From contig OX597824.1 of the NCBI GenBank assembly GCA_951406725.2, positions 29,946,001 to 30,010,000 of the forward strand: a DNA stretch of 64,000 nucleotides. The letters are read 5' to 3'. Numbering within the stretch: position 1 is the first letter of the stretch; every line of letters begins with the position of its first letter. A program made the position numbers and the translations under genes. This stretch comes from Octopus vulgaris. Taxonomy: Eukaryota. Below are positions 13,550 through 27,259 of this stretch, in pieces. The notes below the pieces were generated by a model. The model saw only the letters and a list, made by a program, of their open reading frames with translations. It did no database searches and was not told where the DNA came from.

Positions 13550-13950
13550 TACTTTTTACTCTTTTACTCTTTTACTTGTTTCAGTCATTTAACTGTGGCT
13601 ATACTGGAGCACCGCCTTTAATCGAGCAAATCGACCCAAGGACTTATTCTGTGAATGCCTAGTAGTTATTCGATCGGTCTCTTTTGCCGAACCGCTAAGT
13701 TACGGGGACGTAAACACACCCCCATCGGTTATCAAGCGATGTTGGGGGAACAAACACAGATACACAAACACATATAAATATACATATATATACATATATA
13801 CGACGGGCTTCTTTCAGTTTCCGTCTACCAAGGCTTTGGTCGGCCCGAGGCTATAGTAAAAGACACTTGCCCAAGGTTCCATGCAGTGAGGATGAACCCA
13901 GAACCATGTAGTTGGTAAGCAAGCTACTTACGAGACGGCCACTCCTGTGC
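13550..13950 (-). mobile_element. SINE family A, full length
   Basis: Near-consensus copy. Confidence 0.9.
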
Positions 13951-14039
13951 CGGTCAAAATTTATGATAAATTTTGACCGGCCACCTACTTGCTAGCAAGC
14001 TTAGGAAGGAAAGCCTCTTGTTTTACTTGTCATCCTTTA

Positions 14040-14468
14040 AATCTTAATAAGGGCTTGCAGATTTTAATAGCCCCAGATATCGTAATCATTTGTAGAGTAT
14101 GAATTAAGGATTTGCGTTCTCTCCTCAAGATCCTAGGTTCAGCTATACTTTGATCCAGACGGATTGATATGTATCCTGTTGCGCCAATGATAAGTATAAC
14201 GCTGAAATTCTATCTTGGGTACTGGACTTCCAAACTCATTATCCATAGATGTCCTCTTTCTCTTGTATTTTTCAAACCACATCGGTGTCCATAGGGCAGC
14301 TGATTTCCACAACAGAACATAGCTTTTCCTCGTGGTCCCACACAACAGTATCTGGCCAGATGCGTTTTAACTTTGTGGCTATTTAAACTTTTAAATTCCA
14401 TCAATATTCTTTTGACCCGTCGGTCTCAGTATCGTCAACTTCGTCTGTAGGTTATCCTGCTCCAAGTT
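14040..14468 (-). mobile_element. Decayed R4/Dong-type LINE, restriction-like endonuclease region
   Basis: Minus strand reads IWPDTVVWDHEEKLCSVVEISCP and IIGATGY with stops; abuts (TATG)n at 14469. Confidence 0.75.
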
Positions 14469-15729
14469 GTATGTATGTATGTATGTATGTATGTATGTAT
14501 GTATGTATGTATGTATGTATGTATGTATGTATGTATGTATGTATGTATGTATGCATGTATGCATGCATGCATGCATGTATGTATGATTGTATGTATGTGT
14601 GTATGTACATAAACATAGAGCAAAAGTATTCAGCTCATAAAATCTTGTTATGATGATAGATTTACACAGTCAGGTCACTCTCGAGGGCTAATGGTAGCAT
14701 GTAATCCAGTACAATCTGTCGCCTAGTCGGGTCGTCGGTGACTAAACCAACAATCCCCCCACCAAGCTTGTTTGGTGAGAAGAGTTATTTGGATATCCTG
14801 CGGCATCAAGAACAAAGCACATCAAAAAGTGGAGGAACTTGTAAGAGTCAACGTCCATCCAATAACGTGGATCTAGGGATTTAACCAGAATGACGAAAAA
14901 TTTCCGAGCCAGGGTTACCGCGAAATCATGGGCAGCAGCATGGCGCATGTGAAGTTAAGTGTATTGATCTTCATTCGACGTATGATCTTCAATCGGTGAA
15001 ACTACACGGCACAATCTGGGTGGAAGAGCTTCTTCAGCCAGCGGTCAGTCTATGGTCGACCAATCCAATTAGCGCATTACTGTCAATTGATAGAACTGGC
15101 GATTTATCAACTCACTTTAGCTATAAAAAAACAGTATGGGATTCTGAACCTTATGGTGTCACCAACTGAAGTTGAATGACTAGTAGTAATAATAATATCA
15201 GTTATACAACGATATGTATAGGTGTGGCCCAAAACCTCCCTTTTCTAATTAAGTAAATCGAATTATAGAGATTATGATTAAGAAAAGATCAACATAATGA
15301 AGCCAGAAACTGAAGCAGAGGTGTTTAGATCAGATCATTCTATACGGTTTTCAAATGAGCTAATTTAACTAAGTGGTCTTATAATTTTTTTTTAAATACG
15401 TATATAAGGAACATTTCATTGTATAGCCATATACAACATAAGTATGTAAATATGAATGGCACGACTGTGTAGTTATGAAGCTCACTTTGAAGCCACGGCG
15501 TTTTAAGTTCGGTCCTATTGCGCAGCACCTTGGGTAAAATTCTTCTACTATAGCCTTGGGGTAACCAATGCCTTGTGAGAAATTTGTGTAGACAGAAACC
15601 GTGTGGAAGACAGCTTGGAGACTTACAACAGAGTGACTCCATCAAAATACTCTGAGGGTCCAGGGGACCAGACGGAGGTATCAAACTGAACGGTTCGTGA
15701 AGTCTACCAGTCGAAACAGCTGATAATAC

Positions 15730-15944
15730 CTTTTACCTTTTACTTGTTTCGGTACTTGGAATGTAGCCATGCTGGGGCCCCACCTCGAAGGGTTTAGTTG
15801 AGTAAATTGACTCTGCTCTTTGTTGCAAAACCACTAATTACGAGGACGAAAACAAATCAACACCGGTTGTTCGGGTAGGGAGGTTAGGAAGAAACACAAC
15901 ACAAAACATAAGCTAAAAAGGCACATAGATACATACATATAAAC

Positions 15945-16032
<88 letters not shown>

Positions 16033-16242
16033 TATATTATACATATATATATATATATACGCCATGATAGATCGTTAGCCACTACACACATTTTTTTCTC
16101 ACCTTGTTTTTTCTGTGTCCCTTTCTGTAAAAGAGCGTAGGCTCGAAACGTAAAAGATTTTTCTATTCCTGAGCGTTATACTAATACATCTGTTTGTTTT
16201 GTACACCACCTGTCTTCGTCTTTTGTTTTTTTCGTAAACTCT

Positions 16243-16328
<86 letters not shown>

Positions 16329-16510
16329 CAGACTCACACACAGGCACACAGACAGACACACACACACAAACATACTTATATACACAACAGGTTTCCACGC
16401 AGTTTCCATCTACAAATTGGTCGATTCGGAGCTATAGTAGAAGACATTTGTCCGAGGTGCCAGGCAGTGGGACTGAACTGGAAACCTCCTGGTTGCAAAG
16501 CAAGCCTGTT
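15730..16510 (-). mobile_element. SINE family A interrupted in its internal (TA)n by a hammerhead element
   Basis: 3' half at 15730-15900 and 5' half at 16385-16510. Confidence 0.65.
16059..16246 (+). mobile_element. ~190-nt hammerhead-bearing element between (TA)n tracts
   Basis: Motif at 16121-16156: CTTT-CTGTAAAA-GAGC-GTAG-GCTC-GAAA-CG-TA-AAAG (degenerate core). Confidence 0.65.
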
Positions 16511-17124
16511 ACTCGAGCATTTTATACCATCATCACCATCACATTTTCCATAACCCACTATCACTTCTACTGCAGACATCACCATCGCTAAAACGTCGCC
16601 ATTGATTCCGCCATCGATCCCACCACACGCTCACAATGACATCCAGAAATCTTCGTTTTGAACAAACATATGTCAGTGAGTTACAGAATAAAATTGGTAC
16701 AGGAACAAATATTCAATTTTAGATTATATTTGTTTAGTTTTCATAAAGCATTTAACGAGATGGTAACAACTAATGATAACCATTCAATAAGCAGACGACA
16801 CACTTTCTATCATGTGGCTACTTAGGTTTTGTCCACTTGTTTATTTTTAATACACTTTACTCTTCGCTAACTCCTCACCGCCACCCTACCAACTCACTCC
16901 CGTTCTCTCGACAAACAAATATACCTCACCTATTTTGGCTTACAAACCGAACACCTATACACACACCAACATACATGCATATATGCATGTGTGTGTGTGC
17001 GCGTATGTATATATATATATACATATACATATATATGTATACACATATGTGTGCGTATATATAAATATATATACATATATATATATGTATACACATATGT
17101 GTGCGTATATATAAATATATATAC

Positions 17125-17201
<77 letters not shown>

Positions 17202-17341
17202 AAACAGATTGACAAACAAACAGACAGATAGACAGACAAACATACAAACAGACAGACAGACAGACACATAGATAGACAGACAGACAAGCAGACAGACGGA
17301 CAAGCAGACAGACAGACAAGCAGACAGGCAAACAGACAGAC

Positions 17342-17440
<99 letters not shown>

Positions 17441-18177
17441 GTTTGATCTTGTTTTTGTAATTGAAATCTACTTGAAGCATGAGTTTCGGTCAAGGTCTTA
17501 GTGTTTTCGTGTCAGGGTATTCTTGTAAGTATGGAGGTTGGAGGTGTAATGGTGTATGTTTGCGCGTATGAATATGCGTGTCTCCTATGAATTTCTCGTT
17601 TATACAGTAACACGTTAAATACCCTTCTGTATATCGACAAACATGAACCGACCTTAATGAAAACAGGGAATTATTCCTTATAAGGCGGGCGACCTTATGC
17701 GATGGAGTTTCTTTTGCCCTCAGTTCAATGTGAACGATAATTTGTTTTCTTTCGCTTAACAGGTATGCTGAGGTGGTGGTGGTGGTGGTGGTAGTGGCGG
17801 CGGCAGCGTTGGTGGTGGTGTTTGTGACGGGATTGATTATGTTCTTCGTGTTTGCAACAATGCTTACCTTGTGCATAGAGAATATGCATACATACACAAA
17901 TACATATACAAATACACGTACACACATACACACACACACATTTTGTATCCGATCATCATCGGACAGACATTATAGTCTATCACTAGACTGATTGCACAAA
18001 ATATTTAGTGATATGTAACCCTGTTCACCTTCATACATACAGGGGGATTAGATTGTTAAACTTGTGGTGTAAATCATAACACAATCACTAAGCAAGCGTT
18101 GGATTCATGAGTCCTTTATTTCTTTTTCCTTCAGCCATCCTTTCTCAATCATTCGCATCTTTTACTTTTTTAATCTT

Positions 18178-18213
18178 TCTTCTGATGAAGGAATTGCATT
18201 CGAAACGTCAAGA
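18178..18213 (+). ncRNA. Minimal type I hammerhead with canonical core
   Basis: TCTT-CTGATGA-AG-GAAT-TGC-ATTC-GAAA-CG-TC-AAGA; palindromic ACGT stem III; GUC site. Confidence 0.75.
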
Positions 18214-18300
18214 CACTTTCCCTTTCTAAATGTTAAACTAATATATGTTAAAACGTGTATTTTGTTAGTACTCATTGTTTTCTTAATATACAGTCACATG

Positions 18301-18382
<82 letters not shown>

Positions 18383-18465
18383 GGTCCCGGGTTGATTCGG
18401 GGTTAACCACAGTAAATAAGGTACTCAATACATAGCAGAGTAAAATTAATTTATTATATAGAAGG

Positions 18466-18516
18466 AGCTTCTACAGGACTAGAACTGTTTCATTCAAGAG
18501 AAATCTTCAGGAAGCT
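18466..18516 (-). ncRNA. Type I hammerhead motif, left arm
   Basis: Inverted copy of 20717-20767. Confidence 0.65.
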
Positions 18517-18817
18517 AGTTAACAAGAATTGTATTGGCATTTATACATTTAGGCAGGTTTAAAGGGGTGGTGGTGGGGGACTTTTTGGGGGTAGGCATAG
18601 CGCAAAAAAATCATACTTGGGGGAGTGGTCAAGGAGTCAGTGGTAAATTAGATAGAAGAATAAATAAAAGAATAAAAAAAGGGAGAATAAAAAAATATAT
18701 AGAGGAATAGAGTTTTAGGTAAATAAGGAAAATCTCACTTATACCTATACACATATGTATACATATATACACACACACACACACATATACATACTCACAT
18801 ACATACACACACACCCA

Positions 18818-18873
<56 letters not shown>

Positions 18874-18900
18874 TACATATACATACATATATCTACACAC

Positions 18901-18959
<59 letters not shown>

Positions 18960-19161
18960 CACATATACATGCACATACATATACACACACACATGTGTGT
19001 ATATATGCACACACACACACGACCACACGTACACATATACACAAAAAAAATATATACATACACACACATACACATACACACATACACACACATATATATC
19101 CACATACACACATGCACACACAACACACAAGTCCCTATATACTCATATGTACTTATACACA

Positions 19162-19217
<56 letters not shown>

Positions 19218-19767
19218 CACATACATATGTGTACCTATTCATACCTACACATACACACATATACACATACAAATACAAACCCATTCCCTAATTTTAATTT
19301 TATTATCTTCATTTATTACTTTTGTTATCTTTGACCGCTGGTCACAAACATCTTGGCTACGACAACCAGTCCCTTTTATCTTTCTACTTGAGCACAAGCA
19401 CTCACTCACGCACGAACACTCGTTAGCACGCACACTCACTCATTCGTACACTCATACACATACACGCACGTACGCGTTATATTCATACATACATACATCT
19501 ACATACATACACGTATATACACATACGTACGCGTACCTACAGATTCATGTCTACAATCTTAGAAGACTAGTCTATACATATACACCAATAAATATATATA
19601 CACACATACATATACACCTACATACAAATACATACATACATCATAACTCTACGTACCTACATATACCTAAACACACGAGCGTACACGTATATGTACTTAT
19701 ACACATACACATACCCACGCATATATACATACATACACATACATACACGCACATATACACAAATATA

Positions 19768-19799
<32 letters not shown>

Positions 19800-19812
19800 C
19801 ATATATATACAC

Positions 19813-19845
<33 letters not shown>

Positions 19846-19906
19846 TATATACATATACACACATACACACATACATACATACATATACATACACACACAT
19901 ACACAT

Positions 19907-19955
<49 letters not shown>

Positions 19956-20074
19956 TATACATATACACACATACACATACATATACATATACACACATAC
20001 ACACACACACATACATATATACACACACACACACATACATATACATACACACATACATACACACATATATATAC

Positions 20075-20131
<57 letters not shown>

Positions 20132-20385
20132 CATATACATGTGTGCAAACATACATACATACTCATACACACTCACACACTTACATATACATATATACAC
20201 ACACTTACACACATATATATATACATATACATATATATATACATATACATATACATATATATATATATATATATACATACATACATATAAATATATATAT
20301 ACATATATATACATACACACATACACATACATACACACATATATCTATACACACATACACATATGTACACATACACACGCATATT

Positions 20386-20433
<48 letters not shown>

Positions 20434-20462
20434 CACACACATACATATATATACACACACAT

Positions 20463-20505
<43 letters not shown>

Positions 20506-20716
20506 CATACACACACATTCCTCTATTCCTCTATATATTTTTTTATTCTCCCTTTTTTTATTCTTTTATTTATTCTTCTATCTAATTTACCACTGACTCC
20601 TTGACCACTCCCCCAAGTATGATTTTTTTGCGCTATGCCTACCCCCAAAAAGTCCCCCACCACCACTCCTTTAAACCTGCCTAAATGTATAAATGCCAAT
20701 ACAATTCTTGTTAACT

Positions 20717-20767
20717 AGCTTCCTGAAGATTTCTCTTGAATGAAACAGTTCTAGTCCTGTAGAAGCT
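20717..20767 (+). ncRNA. Type I hammerhead motif, right arm
   Basis: AGCTTC-CTGAAGA-TTTCTCTTGAAT-GAAA-CAG-TTCTAGTC-CTG-TA-GAAGCT; 6-bp stem I, ACAG/CTGT stem III, weak stem II. Confidence 0.65.
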
Positions 20768-20782
20768 CCTTCTATATAATAA

Positions 20783-20838
<56 letters not shown>

Positions 20839-20841
<3 letters not shown>

Positions 20842-21305
20842 TGTATATACTTGTGCATTTTCCGGTGGCTGCAATGGTGTAGCGGAATATATAATTCTCA
20901 TGTCGCCGGCGTTTAAACACCCTAGAGCCATGAATAGGCGAGATAACTCACCCTCAATCCCCTTTGGGAGTGATGGACATCGATGTTTCGCGATTTTTGT
21001 GGCTTATCAACACCACCCACCTGCTTGAGTTGAAAAAGAGTCAGCTAGCCAGTTCAACAACTTATATGCTCATGGCTTGTAAAATCATGAGCTGGTATGC
21101 CGGGAAATTGCATACCTAAGAGGAAATTTACATATGAAGTAAAAGCAGCTCTAGTACAATAAATATTGTTAAATACATATACTAATGTATATGCTTCGTG
21201 TATTTTTCCGTTGGCTGCAATGGCGTAGCAGAGTATATAACTCTCATGTCGCCGGTGTTAAAACACCATAGAGCCATGAACAGGCGAGATAACTCACCCT
21301 CAATC
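20839..21305 (-). mobile_element. Retrozyme-like partial tandem, period about 345 bp
   Basis: About 120-bp direct repeats at 20839-20959 and 21183-21305 with a hammerhead between them. Confidence 0.7.
20968..21018 (-). ncRNA. Type I hammerhead with U3/A8 core variant
   Basis: GGGTGGTG-TTGATAA-GC..GC-GAAA-CATCGATG-TC-CATCACTC; 8-bp stem I; palindromic stem III; GUC site. Confidence 0.75.
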
Positions 21306-21332
21306 TGAAGTCATTATATATTCACGCAACAC

Positions 21333-21402
<70 letters not shown>

Positions 21403-21562
21403 TCTTGCAAATGTATATATGTACGTATATATGCGTGTATATCCATATCTGTGTATATATACATATATACGTGCGTGCCTGTGTGTCTAAGATGCATGGA
21501 ATGTATGCATATGCGTGTATACACACAGATAGCATACTACCTAGATAAACAGACAAACAGAT

Positions 21563-21631
<69 letters not shown>

Positions 21632-22076
21632 TTGGAAATTGTTGAAATAGGGTCCACTCTGGCAGTAAATTTTACGACAGTTCAGTGAATCATCCAAGAA
21701 TAGTTTTACAATTCAATGTTGTCTCCTCATTAAGTGCCGAAATACTGACTCTGGAAATGGCTCCTATGTTCTGAGAAAACCGTGCGCTTAAGCATGAAAA
21801 CTAAGATTTATTCAATCGGCGATTAATAAGTGGAACCTAGGCGTGAATCCATCATGACGATCCTCAGACAAAAGAACTATCCAAAGAGCTTAAGGGTCTT
21901 TTTTTTTTTTTTCCAATTTAGGCTATGTGGAGCAAAACATATTGTTTACAGAAATTACATAAAGAGGACGGGTTGAGAGGCAAGGTTAACGAAATGAGAG
22001 GGGGAAAACTAGTGACCTAGTCAGACAGATTTAAAAACAAAACATGTTGACGATATATAATAATAGATATAAGTGA

Positions 22077-22395
22077 GGGCGCGTGGCTTAGTGGTTAGGG
22101 CATTCGGCTCATGATCGTAAGGTTGTGAGTTCGATTCCCGGCGACGCGTTGTGTCCTTGAGCAAGACACTTTATTTCACGTTGCTCCAGTCCACTCAACT
22201 GGCAAAAATGAGTTGTACTTGTATTTCAAAGGGTCAGCCTTGTCACACTCTGTGTCACGCTGATTATCCCCGAGAACTACGTTAAGGGTACACGTGTCTG
22301 TGGAATGCTCAGCCATTTGCACGTTAATTTCACGAGCAAGCTGTTCCGTTGATCGTATCAGCTGGGACCCTCGTCGTCGTAACCGGCGGAGTCTT
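22077..22395 (+). mobile_element. SINE family C with CORE-like central block, full length
   Basis: GGGCGCGTGGCTTAGTGGTTAGG...GAGTTCGATTCCC head, then TGTGTCCTTGAGCAAGACACTT; homologous to 43458-43777. Confidence 0.9.
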
Positions 22396-23145
22396 TTAAT
22401 AGATATAATATAAGAGGATTCTATTTTCCACATGTTCTCTCAGTCCATTTCTCTTAAAATTTATGATACGGCATATCATTGAAACCCTGTAATAAACAAC
22501 TCACTAATTACAGTGTTTGACCTCCTCATTATCAAAGACCTTAAAATACATAAATTATGGCTATACATAACTGACCTAAAATAAACAAATACGTTTTGGC
22601 CTCTAGCCTACAAATTAAAAATGTAAAGTAACTAAAGAGATAACATAGAATTTAATTAGTTTATTAAAAGGTCTTCACAGCGAATACAAATCAGGAGTAT
22701 TCGTGACTCTGCATAATATTTCTTATAAATGAAGTGTCTTTACATTTATGTTATATTATGTATCTTTGTACCATAGATAAGCGTAAGATAAAATATGAAT
22801 TAGTATTAATGAGCTAAAATGTATGAGCTAAAGATTATGTAGGAGTTGTAAGTATCAAAACATGAACCATCCAAGGAGTCTCTGCCTAAAAGGTGAGCCG
22901 ATGAGGGAAAGTTTATATGTGAAGCGACCAAACAGTCGCAATTTCGAATAGCTTCAGTTCAGAGTCAATATAGCAAGGAAGCATTTAGAATAATTATCTA
23001 TCTAAATATTTTTGCAGTATCTATCTTTCCTCCCCACTACCTCTCTCTCTCTCGCTCTCTTGCTCTCTCTCTCTTGCTCTCTCTTGCTCTCTCTCTCTCT
23101 CTGTCTATCTATCTATCTCTCCCAATATGTGTGTGTATTTAAGTG

Positions 23146-23177
<32 letters not shown>

Positions 23178-23214
23178 TGTATGTATGTATGTATGTATGT
23201 ATGTATGTATGTAT

Positions 23215-23595
23215 ATGCGCAGGTATGGCTGTTTAGTGAAGCTCCACGTGCTGCAACCACGTGTTTTCGGGTTCAGTCCCACAGTGCGGCACCCCAGGCA
23301 AACATCTTCTGCGGTACCACTGCTTTGTGAGTGATATTGGGACACAGAAACTGTGAGGAAGCCCGTCGTTTACATGCATATGTGTGTGTTTGTGTGTATA
23401 TGCGTGTGTTTTTACGTTTATAATGGTACTCAATACTCCTTGAAAACCAGTGCTGGTTTGTTTACGTCCCCACAACATAGCGGTTCGGCTAAAGAGATAG
23501 AATAACTATCAAACTTTACAAAGCAGTATGTACTGGGGACGATTTTGTTTCTACTAAAACCCTTTAAAGAGTGCTTTACTGAAACGAGTAAAGTA
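23215..23595 (+). mobile_element. SINE family A, diverged
   Basis: Family A blocks recognisable. Confidence 0.75.
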
Positions 23596-23799
23596 TAAAA
23601 GATGTATATATGCTTGCATGTATGTATGCATGTATGTATGTATGCATGTATGTATGTATGCATGCATGTACGTTTGTATGTATGTATGTATGTATGTATG
23701 TATGTATGTATGTATGAATGAATGCATGTATGTCTGTATGCATGCATGTATGTACGCAACACCAACTTATGGTAGGCCATGTTCTCAAAGGTATAACGA

Positions 23800-24600
23800 A
23801 CCGATAATGTATATTTTGATGACGATGATAATAAAAAGTACAACTATTGCAAAAATATTAATCCCAGGGCTAAACCTGTTTTGAGCTCTGGTCGAGAACC
23901 CAATTGGGAAATGACAAGCCCCGATGGTAGTTATGCAAACAATTCTCAGGTTAATGCTTAAAACAGACCACGTAGTTCCGATACTTCCCTTGAAAACCTT
24001 AATCCGAACCTTGATAACTTGAAAAGCAGACTTTTATCTTGTAAGTGTAGTAAAGCTAAATAAAAGTAAGAGAAGCTTCACGATGATCATAATATCCACA
24101 CCTCCTATAATAGTTGTAGAACATGCAATTCTTAATTTAGATGTACTATTCATAATAGCAATATAACTCATAATACAAGCATATGAAAAATAGGTTATGT
24201 AACTGGAAGTTTAACCCCCGTTTCGGATTTCATGTAGCTTCCGATGTTCCTGAATTTTCTTCCAAGTATTGGAGCGGCACTTCCCCCTTGCAATAGATAT
24301 AGCAAAATATTTAATTGGCATACTGTAATATTAGCATATTCTTCCACACCTAATCAAGCTCACAATATAGCTGTCATCACACATAGAAAATTAATTAATA
24401 TTAATAATACCGTGTGTGGCTTTAATTATCCTAGTGGTAGGTGTGACTCTAGTTCCCCTGTTAATAATACATCTGTACCCGAGATAAATAATAGTATTGC
24501 TTTAGGGTCCCCTTCTTATAATAACATGAATAGTGCTACAAAAATTAATGTTTCACCACCTAATAAATGTAATTTTAGAATCAATATTAGTACCTTTTAA
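23800..24600 (+). pseudogene. Decayed Asn/Ser-rich reading frame of unknown origin, probably retroelement-derived
   Basis: One frame reads TDNVYFDDDDNKKYNYCKNINPRAKPVLSSGREPNWEMTSPDGSYANNSQVNA* and continues to 24600 with six internal stops. Confidence 0.3.
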
Positions 24601-25378
24601 ATAACCAGTGCCTCCGAGAAAATTTAGTATTTCACTGTTCAGTTGAAATAACTGATAAAGTACACTGTTATATACGTGCTACGGTGTTTAAATTCAAATT
24701 TAAATGAAATAATCATGTACTTTTTTTATGATAAGAGTGCGTTGTTTCATATTCTCATTTTTAAAATCGTCTGCGGCTAATCGTTGAGAGGACGTTGGTG
24801 TTGCCTTGACCGAGGTTTGCGCTCTCTGAGTGCTCTTGTTTTGGCTTAGATTAAAGAATTTTTAGAAAAGTCCAATGACTGAAGCAAGCAAAAGAATAAA
24901 AGATCACGTACACTGCGTGTATCATTGCCATGTTTAAACGTTTTTTTTGCAACCAGTTCTTATCATGCTCTATTTTCCGTTGCCTTTGTTGCAATATTTA
25001 AAAAAAGGTTATTACATCCAACAGAAGCGTCATTACCATTTTGACATACGAAAATGGCTAACAGAAAAACCGTCATCCGGGCGTTTTATTTATTTATTTA
25101 TTTATTTTATTTTATTTTATTTTATTTTCTAGCCTCCTTCCTACACATTTCTGACACATCAAGGAATTCGTGATTGTTTATAGACCAGGTGTTTTCCAGA
25201 TGTATCTACTGAACAACAAGGCGGAAACCATTCAGACGATTGATGATGACAGAGGAGAATCGTTCGGCATGAGCTTTGAAGGAAATCGAACCCAATACTT
25301 GAATGCTACTTAATTGATTGTCTTCGGAGGCAACATTATGCAAAATCGGTCCTGACAGAATTTAGAGAAGCAGTATTT

Positions 25379-25692
25379 GGATCTTTTCACTTTGACCGGC
25401 AGATTTTTAAAATAATTTCTTTGTAACTAAGCACTTTTAAACTTCGTATATTGGTAGAATGTGTTACATGAAACATCTTTCTCTCTTGGCTTTCTTGAGA
25501 AAATTCTGTAGTTTGTAAGCTATTTCTTGTTAAATTTTTTGCATTTCGGCAATTTCAACCAATCAATGATGTCTATTGATGTGAATACAATTTCTGCGGT
25601 TGTTTGTAACACACTACCAGTATACGAAGTTTAAAAGTGTTTAGTTACAAAGAAATTATTTTAAAAATCTGCCGGTCAAAGTGAAAAGATCC
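25379..25692. mobile_element. MITE with ~90-bp TIRs, Merlin-like
   Basis: GGATCTTTTCACTTTGACCGGCAG...CTGCCGGTCAAAGTGAAAAGATCC; flanks CAGTATTT / TAGTATTT (8-bp TSD, 1 mismatch). Confidence 0.85.
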
Positions 25693-26286
25693 TAGTATTT
25701 AAATAACAGAAAACAAATTTTGACCGATTCTACCACATATCTGTTATTGTCGTTGTGGTGGTGGTGGTGGCAGCGGCAGCGGTGGTGATGGTTGTGGTGG
25801 CGGTGGTTGTGGTTGTTGGTGGTGGTGGTGTTGGAGGTAGTGGTGGTGTTCTTGCGGCTCCTGTTACTGCTGCTGCTGCTGCTGCTGCTGTTGCTACTGT
25901 TTCTGTTTTGTTTGTTCCTGTTGTAGTTATAGCGGTAACAGTTCTTGCTGCTGGTTGTAATTGTTGTTTAACCCCAGGTCAGCTACGATCAAACAAACAT
26001 ATGGCCAACACCCTTCTAGATTTGATCATTTCATCTCTTATATATATAAAAAAAGGAAAAAAAATCTTCTTTCAGTCGGGCACATGTAGGAATGTGGGGT
26101 TCACATGCTTTCGGCTTTATCTCCACTACGCGGCACCGTGGGCAAATGTTTTCAATAACCGTCCCAACCCGACGAATACCATACGCCTTGTAGGAGACTT
26201 TAGGAAACCGTGGCAGTCCGTGTACATACATACATACATACATTCATACATACATAAGACAAATTATAAATAATAGTCATTACATT

Positions 26287-26453
26287 ATTTTTCCTTTATT
26301 TGACCAAATTTGGCTTACAGCTGTTTCCATTAATTATCATAGATACGTTACTGAGAGGTTTACTCAGACCGATTGCGTAAACCTATCAGTAACGTATCTA
26401 TAATGACTACCAGTAACAACTGTAAGCGTAATTTGTTCTAATAATGGAATAAT
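26287..26453. repeat. Imperfect ~165-bp palindrome
   Basis: Inner arms TAGATACGTTACTGAGAGGTTTAC / GTAAACCTATCAGTAACGTATCTA; outer arms also pair. Confidence 0.85.
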
Positions 26454-26672
26454 ATGGAATAACCGTTATTTTTTAACTTGTCTTATATATAACTCTGTGT
26501 AAAAACCAGCTTGTCTGGAGCCTAAATACGGATTTACCATACAGAATTATGATGAACCCTAACCTTGGACCGGTCATAAGAATACTGGAAGTTTTCACTA
26601 ATCTGAACAATATTGTTAGCCAGATGTGCGAACATTGAGTTTATGAAGTATTTTTCCCAGATTGATAATCTT

Positions 26673-26732
<60 letters not shown>

Positions 26733-27259
26733 CATACATTCATACATACGTGTGTGTATGTGCGCGTATGTTTTGAGCTTGTGTGTTCACCGCTTGACAA
26801 CCGTTGTTTGATTGTTTACATTTTCGTAACTTAGTGGTTCAGTAAAGGAGCCCGATAGAATAAGTTCCAGACTTAGAAATAAGTATTTGATGAAATTGAT
26901 TTCATTAACTAAACTCTTCAAGGTGATGACATAGCATGGCCGCAGTCTGGTGACTGAAGCAAGTTAAAGAAATGACTGCATCAAGAAGAGCGTTACCGTA
27001 TCTGGACATCTTTTAGGACTGTATGATGCACTTTGAGGAAGATTTGGTTGCTCTCTCTAGCAGCTCAGTGATCACATATAACCAGCTAGGATGGTACCTC
27101 AATCAATCAGTGTTTGTCCTTGTTTAGCCCCAGGTCAGCCCTAACTGATTAGACGTATGATCGAACATATCTCACCCATGACCATCGCTTCTTATTTCTG
27201 ACCATATTGCATCATGGAGTGTTTATGTTAATGTTATTTATAAGATGTAATTTGGGTGA

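Larger units (their letters stand above)
18449..20784. mobile_element. Fold-back element with 264-bp inverted repeats, Penelope-like
   Basis: 18449-18712 is the reverse complement of 20521-20784 (one mismatch seen); interior mostly (TA/CA)n; (TA)n on both outer sides. Confidence 0.85.

Noticed and set aside
14650-15180. Unique GC-richer stretch with a 68-aa ORF
   Set aside because: No recognisable motif or convincing splice sites
18997-20604. 535-aa ORF and overlapping ORFs
   Set aside because: Translation of (TA/CA)n gives H/T/Y/I repeats; not a gene
22077-22150. tRNA-like sequences (also 10412, 35219, 43700)
   Set aside because: SINE heads continuous with SINE bodies, not standalone tRNA genes
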